A stretch of 64,000 bases of DNA from Oscillospiraceae bacterium (GCA_015063625.1 SVTT01000007.1:12780-76779); one strand, 5' to 3'. Positions 39,574 to 48,984 are shown, counted from the first letter of the stretch. Translations and numbers: made by a program. The notes: generated from the letters alone by a model not told the origin.

Positions 39574-39847
39574 TTGTCCCCCTCTTTTCTGTTCGGCTTG
39601 CTCGGAGGGCAAGAGAAACTTCGCAGCGGACAAAGTCCGCGGCGAAGGCAAGTTGCAAGGCAACTTGACAGCAGCCGCAAGGCTGCGTGGCGAATAGCCG
39701 CCGAGAGGCGGCGTCCTTTCGGGTAGGATTTGTTATCCCCCTTGTGGGTGCTTTTCTTTTGCTAAATCACTTGTTTTTTTCCTCGTTTTGTGCTATAATC
39801 ATCGTTAATAAGCCAATCGAACCAAAAAGATCAGGGAGGAACTTAAC

Positions 39848-41770
39848 GTGACGTTTGCTTCTGTTATGGCTCTTGGGGCAAAGGTGCTGGGATGCGCCGT
39901 CGTGATATATATCCTTGCGGGCTTTCTTGTTTCCTTCAAGCGCCTCTTACCCATCCTTGCCATTGCATCGGGCGTGGGAACGGTCATTGCGATCTCCCAC
40001 ATACAAAAAAACGGTGCGGAAAGCCTTTTGTGGTTACCCATTGTCCTGTCGCTTCTGACGCAGCTGTTCTATCAGGGCGAGGGGTATCTGAACCCCAGAA
40101 TACACGAGAATCTGTATCAGCTGGTAAGCGTAGAACGAAAATGGAATTCTCTGTTTGCCGAATACGACGACTATGAATTGCATTTTTCTCCCGTTGAAAC
40201 GGGTGGCTTTGTCGAAAACACGCTGCTTCTCGGCATCCTGTTTGGGCTTTACTACAACGCCTTTATCTTTTCAGGAACGTTCAGCGAGGCGGCGTACATC
40301 CTGCCCCTGTATTTTCTTTTGATGTCGGTTCTCGACCTGCTGATGGCTTTCGGCATCCTGCGCCTTTCGGCGTTCTTTTATTGGGCGGCAAGAATTTTAA
40401 TGATCATTCTGTCGGTAGCCATTGCCTTTCTCGCCCCCTTTTCAAAGGACGACAGATCCCTTAATATCGAAGAATTATACGAGCAGTGCGCCCCACTTGT
40501 CAGGTTGGATTATACAACCTCTTATGCGGTTTCATACGAATACAGCGTCAAGTCAAGCAACGGCTACCAGCCGCGCGACAATGAAAGCGCAAGCTTTATC
40601 TACGATGCGGCTCTGGACGTCGGCGCAGAATACGATACGGTCTCTGCGGGCAGAATGTACGACAAAGTTTATATGAAGAATTCTCATTTTGACAATAAGC
40701 TCGTTCAGCTGGGCAACTTTGCGCCCTCGCGCCTTGACCTGGATTTCAAATTTATGCGCTACACCGAGGAGGTCGGCGGCCCGTTTAAATACAGAACGCT
40801 TAACGCGGTGGACTTTGCCCCTTACTGCGAGCTCACAATGCAAAAATTAGAGCATATCGGCGGCACTCCAATCGAGTATAACGACGACGAGCACCTGCTT
40901 AAAATTACCTATATTGCAAATTATGACAGCACCTACGTCCCCGAGGGCGACATAGAAAGCTATTCGGTTATCTGGTGCTTCAACACCGACGATGACAGAA
41001 ACGCCGTTTCGCTTTCCTATATCAACTTCACCGTATACCTGCGCGAAACCGAAAAGCAGGAGATACGGTACACTCCCCTTCACGACGGCAACACAGGGCT
41101 TGACGATCTGTTTGAGCGTGACGGATCTCTCAAAAACTATACCTATAAGGAAGGCGAGATCTACGGTATCGATTTTAACGAGATCATCAGCTCGCTCAAC
41201 GGTACAAGCGGTTCGTTTGACGATTACGATTTCAAAATGACCGAAACCTATAACAACGTTTCCTCGCTGTACGCATACGATGCCCAAACCGGAATCGTTG
41301 CGTTGTTCAAAACCAATTTTGCCAATGCCGATAATGCGCTTAGCAACGAGGATTTCACAACCTATCCCCCCGATTATTATATTGTAAACGCAAACCGCTC
41401 CAAATATGGCTCGGATCACGCGCTGATCGGAACACAGAGCAGCTCTGCCTTCAAGCAATATACCTACGATGATGGCATTGCCTCAAATGCAATCAGCAAG
41501 GTTTTCAGCGGAACCATGACTCTTGCCAACATTGTGGTTTACGTAACGCCTAACGGATACTTGGGGCACATCGAGCTTGTAGACCGAAACGAGGAGCTGG
41601 GCGTTGACGTCACATACTATTTCGGCCTAAGCCAATATATGAATAACGACAGATATTATTTCAATTCGCTTGATGCCCGCTTTACGTACGAGGGGCGGGA
41701 ATATTCTATGCGGCTTTATGCAAGCAGTAATTCTTTTGTCAACATCCCTGCACCGAGCAACGAAAAATAG
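39848..41770 (+). CDS. Hypothetical 640-aa protein: multi-TM N-terminus plus large Tyr/Asn/Asp-rich soluble domain
   Basis: GTG start with RBS AGGGAGG, extended -10 TGCTATAAT; visibly AT-richer than neighbouring genes. Confidence 0.85.
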   Translation: MTFASVMALGAKVLGCAVVIYILAGFLVSFKRLLPILAIASGVGTVIAISHIQKNGAESLLWLPIVLSLLTQLFYQGEGYLNPRIHENLYQLVSVERKWNSLFAEYDDYELHFSPVETGGFVENTLLLGILFGLYYNAFIFSGTFSEAAYILPLYFLLMSVLDLLMAFGILRLSAFFYWAARILMIILSVAIAFLAPFSKDDRSLNIEELYEQCAPLVRLDYTTSYAVSYEYSVKSSNGYQPRDNESASFIYDAALDVGAEYDTVSAGRMYDKVYMKNSHFDNKLVQLGNFAPSRLDLDFKFMRYTEEVGGPFKYRTLNAVDFAPYCELTMQKLEHIGGTPIEYNDDEHLLKITYIANYDSTYVPEGDIESYSVIWCFNTDDDRNAVSLSYINFTVYLRETEKQEIRYTPLHDGNTGLDDLFERDGSLKNYTYKEGEIYGIDFNEIISSLNGTSGSFDDYDFKMTETYNNVSSLYAYDAQTGIVALFKTNFANADNALSNEDFTTYPPDYYIVNANRSKYGSDHALIGTQSSSAFKQYTYDDGIASNAISKVFSGTMTLANIVVYVTPNGYLGHIELVDRNEELGVDVTYYFGLSQYMNNDRYYFNSLDARFTYEGREYSMRLYASSNSFVNIPAPSNEK

Positions 41771-41830
41771 CAAGCGTTTCACGATGTCTTAAATTAGTCA
41801 TTGCCCTGCAAGGGGCAATGACCCCTATAT

Positions 41831-41966
41831 CTACCCATGGCACAGCCGGATAGCGCGCGAGACTCCGACTCTGAAGGTCGAAGGCAAGTTGCAAGGCAAC
41901 TTGACAGCAGCCGCAAGGCTGCGTGGCGAATAGCCGCCGAGAGGCGGCGTCCTTTCGGGTAGGCCA
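41831..41966 (+). pseudogene. Decayed tRNA-Arg(CCG) copy with a 65-nt insert replacing the T-loop
   Basis: 41831-41884 equals tRNA 38991-39044 with 4 substitutions; 41950-41966 equals the tRNA 3' end. Confidence 0.88.
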
Positions 41967-42010
41967 AGAAAAAGCGACAAAATCCGACGGAATTTTGTCG
42001 CTTTTTCAAC

Positions 42011-42180
42011 TAAATCCGTCCTTTGGAACGGGATAAATCCAACTAAGTTGGGTGAAATCGCTTCGCAATGAAATCCCGCTTTCGCAGGGGGAGAGGACGG
42101 ATTTAATTTCATCTGAGGCGGTACGCCCAAGATTTCATCCAAACTTGTTTGGATTTCATCCTGCAAAGCAGGATTTCATT
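42011..42180. repeat. Multibranch element with 4xAAATC then 4-5x(G)ATTT
   Basis: 11-bp stem TAAATCCGTCC/GGACGGATTTA; motifs separated by mini-hairpins. Confidence 0.75.
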
Positions 42181-42373
42181 AAACTGCACACAAGTTCAAA
42201 TCCATATCGAAAAGCGAAAAATATGTTTTATCGCCACTTTAAAAACGGCAAGCTTCGACAGAAGCTTGCCGTTTTTTGCTTTTTACCTCTTTACTCCTTA
42301 CTCGAAACTGATCGATCAATTGACAGGTAAGGGTGAATGATGAAAAGGTGCCGATGTGGATTTTCGCTTCTTT

Positions 42374-43360
42374 TCAGATCACGCCGATCAGGCGCAGCAG
42401 GAAGGATGAGAGGAAGATCGAGAGGGCGGAAACAAGGGTGGTAAAGACCACCAGCTGTCCCGCAAGCGTGGTATCGCTATCCATTTCCTGTGCCATCGGG
42501 ACACTGGATACCGCAACGGGGGTGGCAAATACCGAAACGAACACCGCAAAGTGGGCGGCTGAAAAATAGCGCCCGAGGAGCAGGACGGCACCACTCAAGA
42601 AGACAAGCGGCGAGAGGACGGTGCGTACGGTTACGCCAAACAAGAGCTCCTTGCGGTAGCCTGCAATGGCACGGAATTCAAACTGCGCACCCAGAGCCAG
42701 CAGAGCAAGCGGCGTGGCAACATTCGACAGGAATTGCAGTACGTCAAAGAGGACAGGCAGCTCCGAGAGGCGAAAATCCACACCGTTAGCCGCCAAAACA
42801 CCTCGGATCGCGAGAACCGCCAGTGCCAGTGCAATGCTTTCGATCAACGGATTTTTGACGATATCGAGCAGCATCTTTTTTACACTGACGCGTTTGCCGT
42901 CGGTGCGGAAGAGTGACAGACTGACGACGGCAAGAATGTTGTAAAGCGGAATGATAGCGGCGGAAAGCAGTGCCGCTGCCACCACGCCCGCCGTGCCGCA
43001 GAGCGCCTCGGCAAGCGGAACGCCGATCAAGGCGTTGTTGGAGCGAAAGGTGGATTGCAGAAGTGCTCCGCGCCGCCGCTGCTCCCGCGTGATCAGTACG
43101 GTGAGGGGCAGGCAGACGAGAAAGGTGAGAAGCACGGCGGCAAGTGCGTAGAGCATGAAGCCGAGCTCCATGTCACCCGGATCCTCAATGCGGTAAATAT
43201 TGAGAAACAGCATGGCGGGCAGAAAGAGGCGAAAGACCAGCTTGTTGGTGATTTGTGCGTAGCTCTGCGAGATCAGCCCCGTGCGCTTTAGCAGATAGCC
43301 GATGGCAACCATAGCAACGATGGGCATGATGGCACTCACGGCAAAGAGCAGGGAATCCAA
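42374..43360 (-). CDS. AEC (auxin efflux carrier/malate permease) family transporter
   Basis: LFLPAMLF, FRSNNALIGVP, TPLALLALG; about ten TM helices. Confidence 0.88.
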   Translation of the reverse strand: MDSLLFAVSAIMPIVAMVAIGYLLKRTGLISQSYAQITNKLVFRLFLPAMLFLNIYRIEDPGDMELGFMLYALAAVLLTFLVCLPLTVLITREQRRRGALLQSTFRSNNALIGVPLAEALCGTAGVVAAALLSAAIIPLYNILAVVSLSLFRTDGKRVSVKKMLLDIVKNPLIESIALALAVLAIRGVLAANGVDFRLSELPVLFDVLQFLSNVATPLALLALGAQFEFRAIAGYRKELLFGVTVRTVLSPLVFLSGAVLLLGRYFSAAHFAVFVSVFATPVAVSSVPMAQEMDSDTTLAGQLVVFTTLVSALSIFLSSFLLRLIGVI

Positions 43361-43412
43361 GGTGATACTCCTTTCCGAATCAATTCAAATATGGGAAAAA
43401 CAGAGGCTGCCT

Positions 43413-43919
43413 TCAGCTAAGCGGCTTATCAAAGGCGGGCAGGAGGGTCAGATAAAAGCGCGTGTGCTCGGCATTGGCACCTCTGAGCTCCACGGTGTAA
43501 TCCAGATAGAGCTTGCCCGCTTTTTCAAGCGTGTTATGTACGTGTCGGGTCTGCACCGCGACCTCGAAGGGCATGACGGGTGTTTCGTAGACGCAGAGAT
43601 GACGCTTGTCCTTCTCAAAAACCAGCGCGGTGCGTGCGGTGCCGTTGCGCACCATGGAGATCAGACCGGGGGTGTTTTTGTGGAAAAATATCGTGGTGGT
43701 TGAGCCCTGCATACCCGTCAGCTCGCTTTCGCGGTAGGAGATGGTGACACAGCTGCCGTCATCACGGTAGCTGCCCTCCATCATCAGCTCAAGATGCTGG
43801 CTCTCCTCCTCGGGGGCAATATCCTGCACGGGCAGATACTGCCCTGTGGGGGTCTCAAAGAGTGAGCCCTTGATCTCGCATCGGTCGGTGATGATCTGAA
43901 TACGAACCTTTTTCAGCAT
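43413..43919 (-). CDS. DUF1934 family protein
   Basis: ISYRESELTG, YETPVMPFEV, LYLDY beta-barrel pattern. Confidence 0.75.
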   Translation of the reverse strand: MLKKVRIQIITDRCEIKGSLFETPTGQYLPVQDIAPEEESQHLELMMEGSYRDDGSCVTISYRESELTGMQGSTTTIFFHKNTPGLISMVRNGTARTALVFEKDKRHLCVYETPVMPFEVAVQTRHVHNTLEKAGKLYLDYTVELRGANAEHTRFYLTLLPAFDKPLS

Positions 43920-44755
43920 AAGGAGTTCCTTTTTCTTCTTCCTGTTTTTTCAAGATAAAGGGCGGCGTGCAGCACACGGTCGGTCTGCATCAGGTCAAAG
44001 CCGCGGTCAGCGACCCAGCCCCAGCTTCCTTCGGGATCACCGAGGATGGCACGGTCGTCGGTATGCGTTCCCGCAATGACCTCGCGATAGTTGTACACGA
44101 TGGTGTTGCACCATACAAGAGCCCCCATACGGTGTTGATTTTCGATGTATTCGCGGGAGGCCACGCGAGCATTGTCGTCGGCAAAGAGAACCTCCGTGCC
44201 CACAAAGCGGATCCTGCGATCCTTCAAGGGAGAGAGCTCCTCCTCTTCCCTGATGATTGCCATATAGGGCATATCTGCACAATGCTCCTCCACAACGTCC
44301 AGCAGGGCGGCATTGGGTCTTGTTTTGACCAGCACCTGCTCGGTCATGCCGTGATCGCGGATGGCAGCCGAGATCTCCCGCGGATATTTCCAGAATTTGT
44401 CGACGTTGATGTAGCATCTGCCCTTGAAGCGATCCAGCACGTCATCCAGCGTTTCGATGCCGAACTGCGTGGGGCAGTCGTCGATATTGATGTAGCGCAG
44501 CTGCTTTACGAAGTCAAAGGGCATCTGTGGGATCCTTCCCGTATAGCCGAGAAGCTCGCGCTCCATGCCCGGGTGGAAGATGACCAGCTTTCCGTCGGCG
44601 GTGCGATCCACGTCGATCTCGATCATATCGGCGCCCTCGGCAAGTGCTGTTTCATAAGCGGGAATGGTGTTACAGGGAATGTTGCCACCCCATACGCCGC
44701 GGTGAGCTACCAGCAGCATGTGATTTTTTGCGGAAGCGTGCAGATCAAAATTCAT
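43913..44755 (-). CDS. Glycerophosphodiester phosphodiesterase family protein
   Basis: VAHRG, IEIDV, INVDK, QTD. Confidence 0.9.
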   Translation of the reverse strand: MNFDLHASAKNHMLLVAHRGVWGGNIPCNTIPAYETALAEGADMIEIDVDRTADGKLVIFHPGMERELLGYTGRIPQMPFDFVKQLRYINIDDCPTQFGIETLDDVLDRFKGRCYINVDKFWKYPREISAAIRDHGMTEQVLVKTRPNAALLDVVEEHCADMPYMAIIREEEELSPLKDRRIRFVGTEVLFADDNARVASREYIENQHRMGALVWCNTIVYNYREVIAGTHTDDRAILGDPEGSWGWVADRGFDLMQTDRVLHAALYLEKTGRRKRNSLC

Positions 44756-44954
44756 GAAGGGCTCCTTTTTGCTTGGTGGTCAAGGGTATTATAGCATTTT
44801 GCTCCTCCAAAAGCAATAGTGGAGAGGGAATTGCCCCAGAAAACGAAAAACTTTCGTACCAACAAGTGTTGACCGCACTCCTTGATTGTGATATGATAAA
44901 CGGCGGAGCTGGGGACATGCGCTCCCTTTCTTTAATCGATATCACGGAAGGTGT

Positions 44955-46238
44955 ATGATGAAAACCGAAGCAAAAAGGGACGAATACCGCTTCAGTCGGT
45001 TGATGTTCATTCTGGTGGCGGCACTTGAATATTTTGTGGCGCTGACGGTTGGGGGTGCGTATCTTGCCAAGCTGACGGCATATGTCGGCATGAGCGATGC
45101 CATGACGGGTATTCTGACTGCCTTTGTTTCGCTTGGCTGCAGCATGCAGATCGTGGCGATCTTCTTTACAGGGCTTCGCTCTGCCAAAAAATTGGTTTGT
45201 GCGGCAAACGTGGCGGATCAGGCGCTCTTTGCATTGGTCTATCTGACCCCGCTTTTCCCGATCCCTGCCGCGCATCGCAGCATGCTTTTACTGGTGCTGC
45301 TTCTGGTGGCGCACCTGGTCATGAATGTGGTGCACTCTCCGAAGATCAACTGGATGATGGCGCTGGTCGACGATGATAAGCGCGGCGTTTTCACCGCCAA
45401 CAAGGAGATCGTTTCTCTGGTGGGCGGTATGCTCTTTACCTTCCTGATGGGTGCTGTCATCGATACGTTTGAGGCAAGAGGAGAGCTGCTTTCGGCCTTT
45501 GCTTTCTGCGGTATCACGATCTTTGTGCTGATGCTTCTCCACACCCTCGCCCTGTTCCTTTCCAAGGAAAAGACGGTGGAGAAAACAGCCGTGCGCGTCC
45601 CGATCAGGCGTATGATCTGCAACAAAAATCTTCTGAAGGTCATGCTGTTTGCGGTGCTTTGGCACATCGCGCAGTACGCGACGACCCCCTTTTACGGCTC
45701 GTACGAGGTGGGCGCGCTCGGCTTTTCCATGACCTTCGTGGCGGTGCTTTCGGCTGTGTGCAGTCTTACACGCGCTTTGTGCTCCCGTCCGATCGGGCGG
45801 TTTGCCGACCGCCATTCCTTTGCCACCATGCTCATTCCCTGCTTTGCCATCTGGGGTGTCGGTTATTTCATCAATATTTTTACGGTTCCAGCCAACGGAA
45901 AGGTGTTGTTTTTTATCTATTCGCTACTGAATGCCATTTCCATGGGCGGTATCAACGGCGGTACCATCAATCTGATTTATGATTACGTTCCGCATGAGCA
46001 GCGTGTGGCGGCGCTGGCACTGCAAAATTCGATTGCGGGTGTCTGCGGCTTTCTGACGACCCTGGCGTTCAGCCGTCTGGTCGATCACATTCAGGCAAAC
46101 GGAAATACCTTTCTTGGCATAAGGGTCTATGCGCAGCAGGTGCTCTCGCTGTTCGCATGCGTAATGATACTGCTGGTGATAGGATATCTCCTCCTTGTGA
46201 TCCGAAAAATGCACCGCGTTGGACCGAGCGAATCCTGA
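44955..46238 (+). CDS. MFS transporter
   Basis: About 12 TM helices; GRFADR loop motif. Confidence 0.85.
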   Translation: MMKTEAKRDEYRFSRLMFILVAALEYFVALTVGGAYLAKLTAYVGMSDAMTGILTAFVSLGCSMQIVAIFFTGLRSAKKLVCAANVADQALFALVYLTPLFPIPAAHRSMLLLVLLLVAHLVMNVVHSPKINWMMALVDDDKRGVFTANKEIVSLVGGMLFTFLMGAVIDTFEARGELLSAFAFCGITIFVLMLLHTLALFLSKEKTVEKTAVRVPIRRMICNKNLLKVMLFAVLWHIAQYATTPFYGSYEVGALGFSMTFVAVLSAVCSLTRALCSRPIGRFADRHSFATMLIPCFAIWGVGYFINIFTVPANGKVLFFIYSLLNAISMGGINGGTINLIYDYVPHEQRVAALALQNSIAGVCGFLTTLAFSRLVDHIQANGNTFLGIRVYAQQVLSLFACVMILLVIGYLLLVIRKMHRVGPSES

Positions 46239-46375
46239 TACATCCGGGGGCTGTTGCACTTGATGCAGCAGCCCCTTGTTTTTCTTTTTCATTTCTTTTT
46301 ACTTGACAAGCGTATGATTCGGATATATAATAAATAGGTATTGTGATTGATTTCATCGTGAACGAGGTGCTTGAT

Positions 46376-47656
46376 ATGGATCTGAAAAAAATATTGAATT
46401 CTCTTGAAAACTGCCCCTGCGGCAGAAAGCATACCATTGCCACCGAGTTGGTCGAGATCGGCAGCGGTGTTTCCGGGAGAGTGGGTGAGATCCTGGCGGG
46501 AGCAGGCTTTCCCAAGTCGTTGCTTTTGGTCAGTGACCGTAATGCACTTGCCGCGGCAAGCGGCGTGGTTGAGAGCCTTGAGAGTGCAGGCTTTTCGCTG
46601 AAAAAGCTGATCTATGACAATATGATGTACGCTAAGATCGAGCAGGTGCGCGAGGTTGAGGCGCTTTGCGAGGACGTGGAGGGTGTGATCTCGGTCGGCA
46701 CGGGCTCGGTCAATGACATCTGCCGTGTGGCGTCCTACAGAAGGGGGAAGAAGTTCTGCATCTTTGCCACGGCTCCCTCGATGGACGGCTTTGCCTCGGA
46801 TACCGCGCCCATCGTGGAAAACAATTTCAAAAACTCCTATTTCGTCGAGCAACCCTCGGTCATTCTCGCCGATACTGCAGTGCTTGCCAAGGCGCCCGTT
46901 GAATTGAAGGCGGCGGGCTTTGGCGATATGATCGCAAAATATATCGGGATTCTCGATTGGCGCATTGCCAACCTTCTGATCGATGAATATTATTGTCCTG
47001 CCATTGCAGACATCACCATGCAGGGTGTGAATAAGATCGTGGCGCTTGCCGATAAGGTAAGGGGGGAGGACGAGGAAGCAGCCGGTAGCATCATGGAGGG
47101 ACTGATCCTTTCTGGCATCGGTATGAAGCTTGCAAAATGCTCCCGTCCCGCATCGGGTGCCGAGCATGTGGTGTCCCACTACTGGGAGTGCTACAAGCTT
47201 GCCAGAGGCATCTGGCCCGAGTTCCACGGCAAAAAGGTGGGTGTGGCATCTGTGCTCATCAACCGCATCTATCACAACATTGCCGACCGTGTGGTCGATA
47301 TCGATCCCATCCCCGATCCCACCGACTGGGATGAGGTGAAGGCGGCGTTTGATCCTTCGCAGCTTGAGGATCTGATGAAGCTGAACACCCCCACCATCAC
47401 CGATAAGGTCGATCCCGCGCGTCTGAAAAGGATCTGGCCCGAGGTGCGGCGCCTGATCAAGGAGATCCTGCCGACCGACGAAGAGATGATGCGTATGATG
47501 AAGGCAGCGGGTGCGGTGACTGAGCCTGCCGACGTGCACGTGTCCGACGAGCTGCTTGAAAAGGGTCTGAAATACCATTCTTACATGCGTTACCGCATTT
47601 TGCTGACCCGCCTGCTGCCCATGATGCAGCTGGATATTATGGATTTTGTCAAATAA
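46376..47656 (+). CDS. sn-glycerol-1-phosphate dehydrogenase (AraM/EgsA-like)
   Basis: GTGSVNDICR, APSMDGFAS, AGFGDM, SGAEH, HG..VG; promoter TTGACA(46303)-17-TATAAT. Confidence 0.85.
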   Translation: MDLKKILNSLENCPCGRKHTIATELVEIGSGVSGRVGEILAGAGFPKSLLLVSDRNALAAASGVVESLESAGFSLKKLIYDNMMYAKIEQVREVEALCEDVEGVISVGTGSVNDICRVASYRRGKKFCIFATAPSMDGFASDTAPIVENNFKNSYFVEQPSVILADTAVLAKAPVELKAAGFGDMIAKYIGILDWRIANLLIDEYYCPAIADITMQGVNKIVALADKVRGEDEEAAGSIMEGLILSGIGMKLAKCSRPASGAEHVVSHYWECYKLARGIWPEFHGKKVGVASVLINRIYHNIADRVVDIDPIPDPTDWDEVKAAFDPSQLEDLMKLNTPTITDKVDPARLKRIWPEVRRLIKEILPTDEEMMRMMKAAGAVTEPADVHVSDELLEKGLKYHSYMRYRILLTRLLPMMQLDIMDFVK

Positions 47657-47668
47657 TACGGAGAAGGA

Positions 47669-48880
47669 ATGAAATATCTCTTTTTTGATATCGAATGTGC
47701 CAATTGCTATAACAACTGCGCCAAGATCTTCAGCCTTGGCTATGTGATCACCGACGAGAACTTCAATATCCTGCACGACAAGGAGGATGTGCTGATCAAT
47801 CCGCGCGATCGCTTTGACTGGTACGTTGCCAAGAAAATGATGGCATATCCGCGCAGTATTTTTTCGGCTAAGCCGCCGTTCCCCGATTTTTACGAGTTCT
47901 TCAAGACGCTGTTTGAGGATCCCGAAACCATCGTGATCGGCTATGCCGTGACCAACGACGTGCATTTTTTACAGGACGATTGCAAGCGCTACGGTCTGAC
48001 GCCCTTTACCTACCGCTTTTACGACGTGCAGCAGATCTATGCGCGCCAGCCCGAGAACAACACCGCCAAGAATCTTGAGGATTCCTTGCTCTCCTGGTGC
48101 GGCATCGAGGCGGAAAACCTGCACCGCAGCGATGAGGATGCTTATAACACCATGCTGATCCTGAAGGCGATCGCCGCCTACCACGGCACCGATCTGCCGG
48201 GCATCCTTGCAATGTACCCCGAGTGTGGGGGCGAGACCCATGAGTTTACCATGGATTACGGCTGGAAAAAGCCGGAGGGCGAGGCGGGCGCCAAGAAAAA
48301 GCGCCATCGCGGCGGCAAAAAGCACGGCAAGAAGAAGGAGGAGCAGACCTCTGCCGAGCCCGATACCGCCAATATGATGGAGCGCGGCTCGCACAATGCC
48401 GAGCTGTTCGTGCGCTATCTTGATACCGTGAAGCCCAAAAAGACCCGCAAGCCGCCGCTTCTTTCGGGGCATACCGTCACCGTCAGCCTTGGCTATCAGC
48501 GTTACCATTTTAACGAGATGCTCTATCTCGTGCAGATGATCGTCAATGCGGGGGGACGCTATACGCTTTCCACGCGCGATGCCGATACCCTTTATACCTA
48601 CGATTGCGGCGAGGAGGGGGATTCCCGTCTTGCCGTTGCCGAGGAGATGCAGGCGGCGGGCGAGGAGATCGAGATCTATCCCATTAAAATTTTGTTTGAC
48701 ATGCTGGAAACCGGTGAGGTCAAGCTTTCCCGCAAGCCGAAAATGGATCTTTCCTATCTGGAGGATGAGAAAGAGGAAGAGGGAGAACAGATCCTCCCCG
48801 AGGAGATATCATCAGAGGATCGGGAGGATGGCACCGTTGATGCCTACCTTGATCAAAGCGACGATTCTTTGCCGATTTGA
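47669..48880 (+). CDS. DEDDh 3'-5' exonuclease with a possible BRCT-like C-terminal domain
   Basis: FFDIE, ND..FL, HRSDEDA; Lys-rich linker; acidic tail. Confidence 0.75.
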   Translation: MKYLFFDIECANCYNNCAKIFSLGYVITDENFNILHDKEDVLINPRDRFDWYVAKKMMAYPRSIFSAKPPFPDFYEFFKTLFEDPETIVIGYAVTNDVHFLQDDCKRYGLTPFTYRFYDVQQIYARQPENNTAKNLEDSLLSWCGIEAENLHRSDEDAYNTMLILKAIAAYHGTDLPGILAMYPECGGETHEFTMDYGWKKPEGEAGAKKKRHRGGKKHGKKKEEQTSAEPDTANMMERGSHNAELFVRYLDTVKPKKTRKPPLLSGHTVTVSLGYQRYHFNEMLYLVQMIVNAGGRYTLSTRDADTLYTYDCGEEGDSRLAVAEEMQAAGEEIEIYPIKILFDMLETGEVKLSRKPKMDLSYLEDEKEEEGEQILPEEISSEDREDGTVDAYLDQSDDSLPI

Positions 48881-48984
48881 ATGTGTGACGCCCTGTGGCA
48901 CTGCCGCAGGGCGTCTGCTTTTGCTCTGCAAAAAAGAAGCCCACCGTTGACCGTGCGGTCAACGGTGGGCATAAGCTTTTTTGA

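Larger units (their letters stand above)
39051..39727 (+). repeat. Two tandem 174-bp units bounded by tRNA 3' ends, each with five hairpins (unit 2 interrupted)
   Basis: 39085-39238 equals 39574-39727 with 1 mismatch; TCCTTTCGGGTAGG recurs at 39051, 39225, 39714 and 41950. Confidence 0.9.

Noticed and set aside
38628-39726. Short ORFs called across the tRNA/repeat region
   Set aside because: They are translations of tRNA and repeated hairpin sequence; the same peptides recur with each repeat copy
39051-41966. CRISPR array interpretation of the recurring TCCTTTCGGGTAGG
   Set aside because: The intervening sequences are identical or very unequal in length rather than unique 30-40 nt spacers; the repeat is the tRNA 3' end; no cas genes are present
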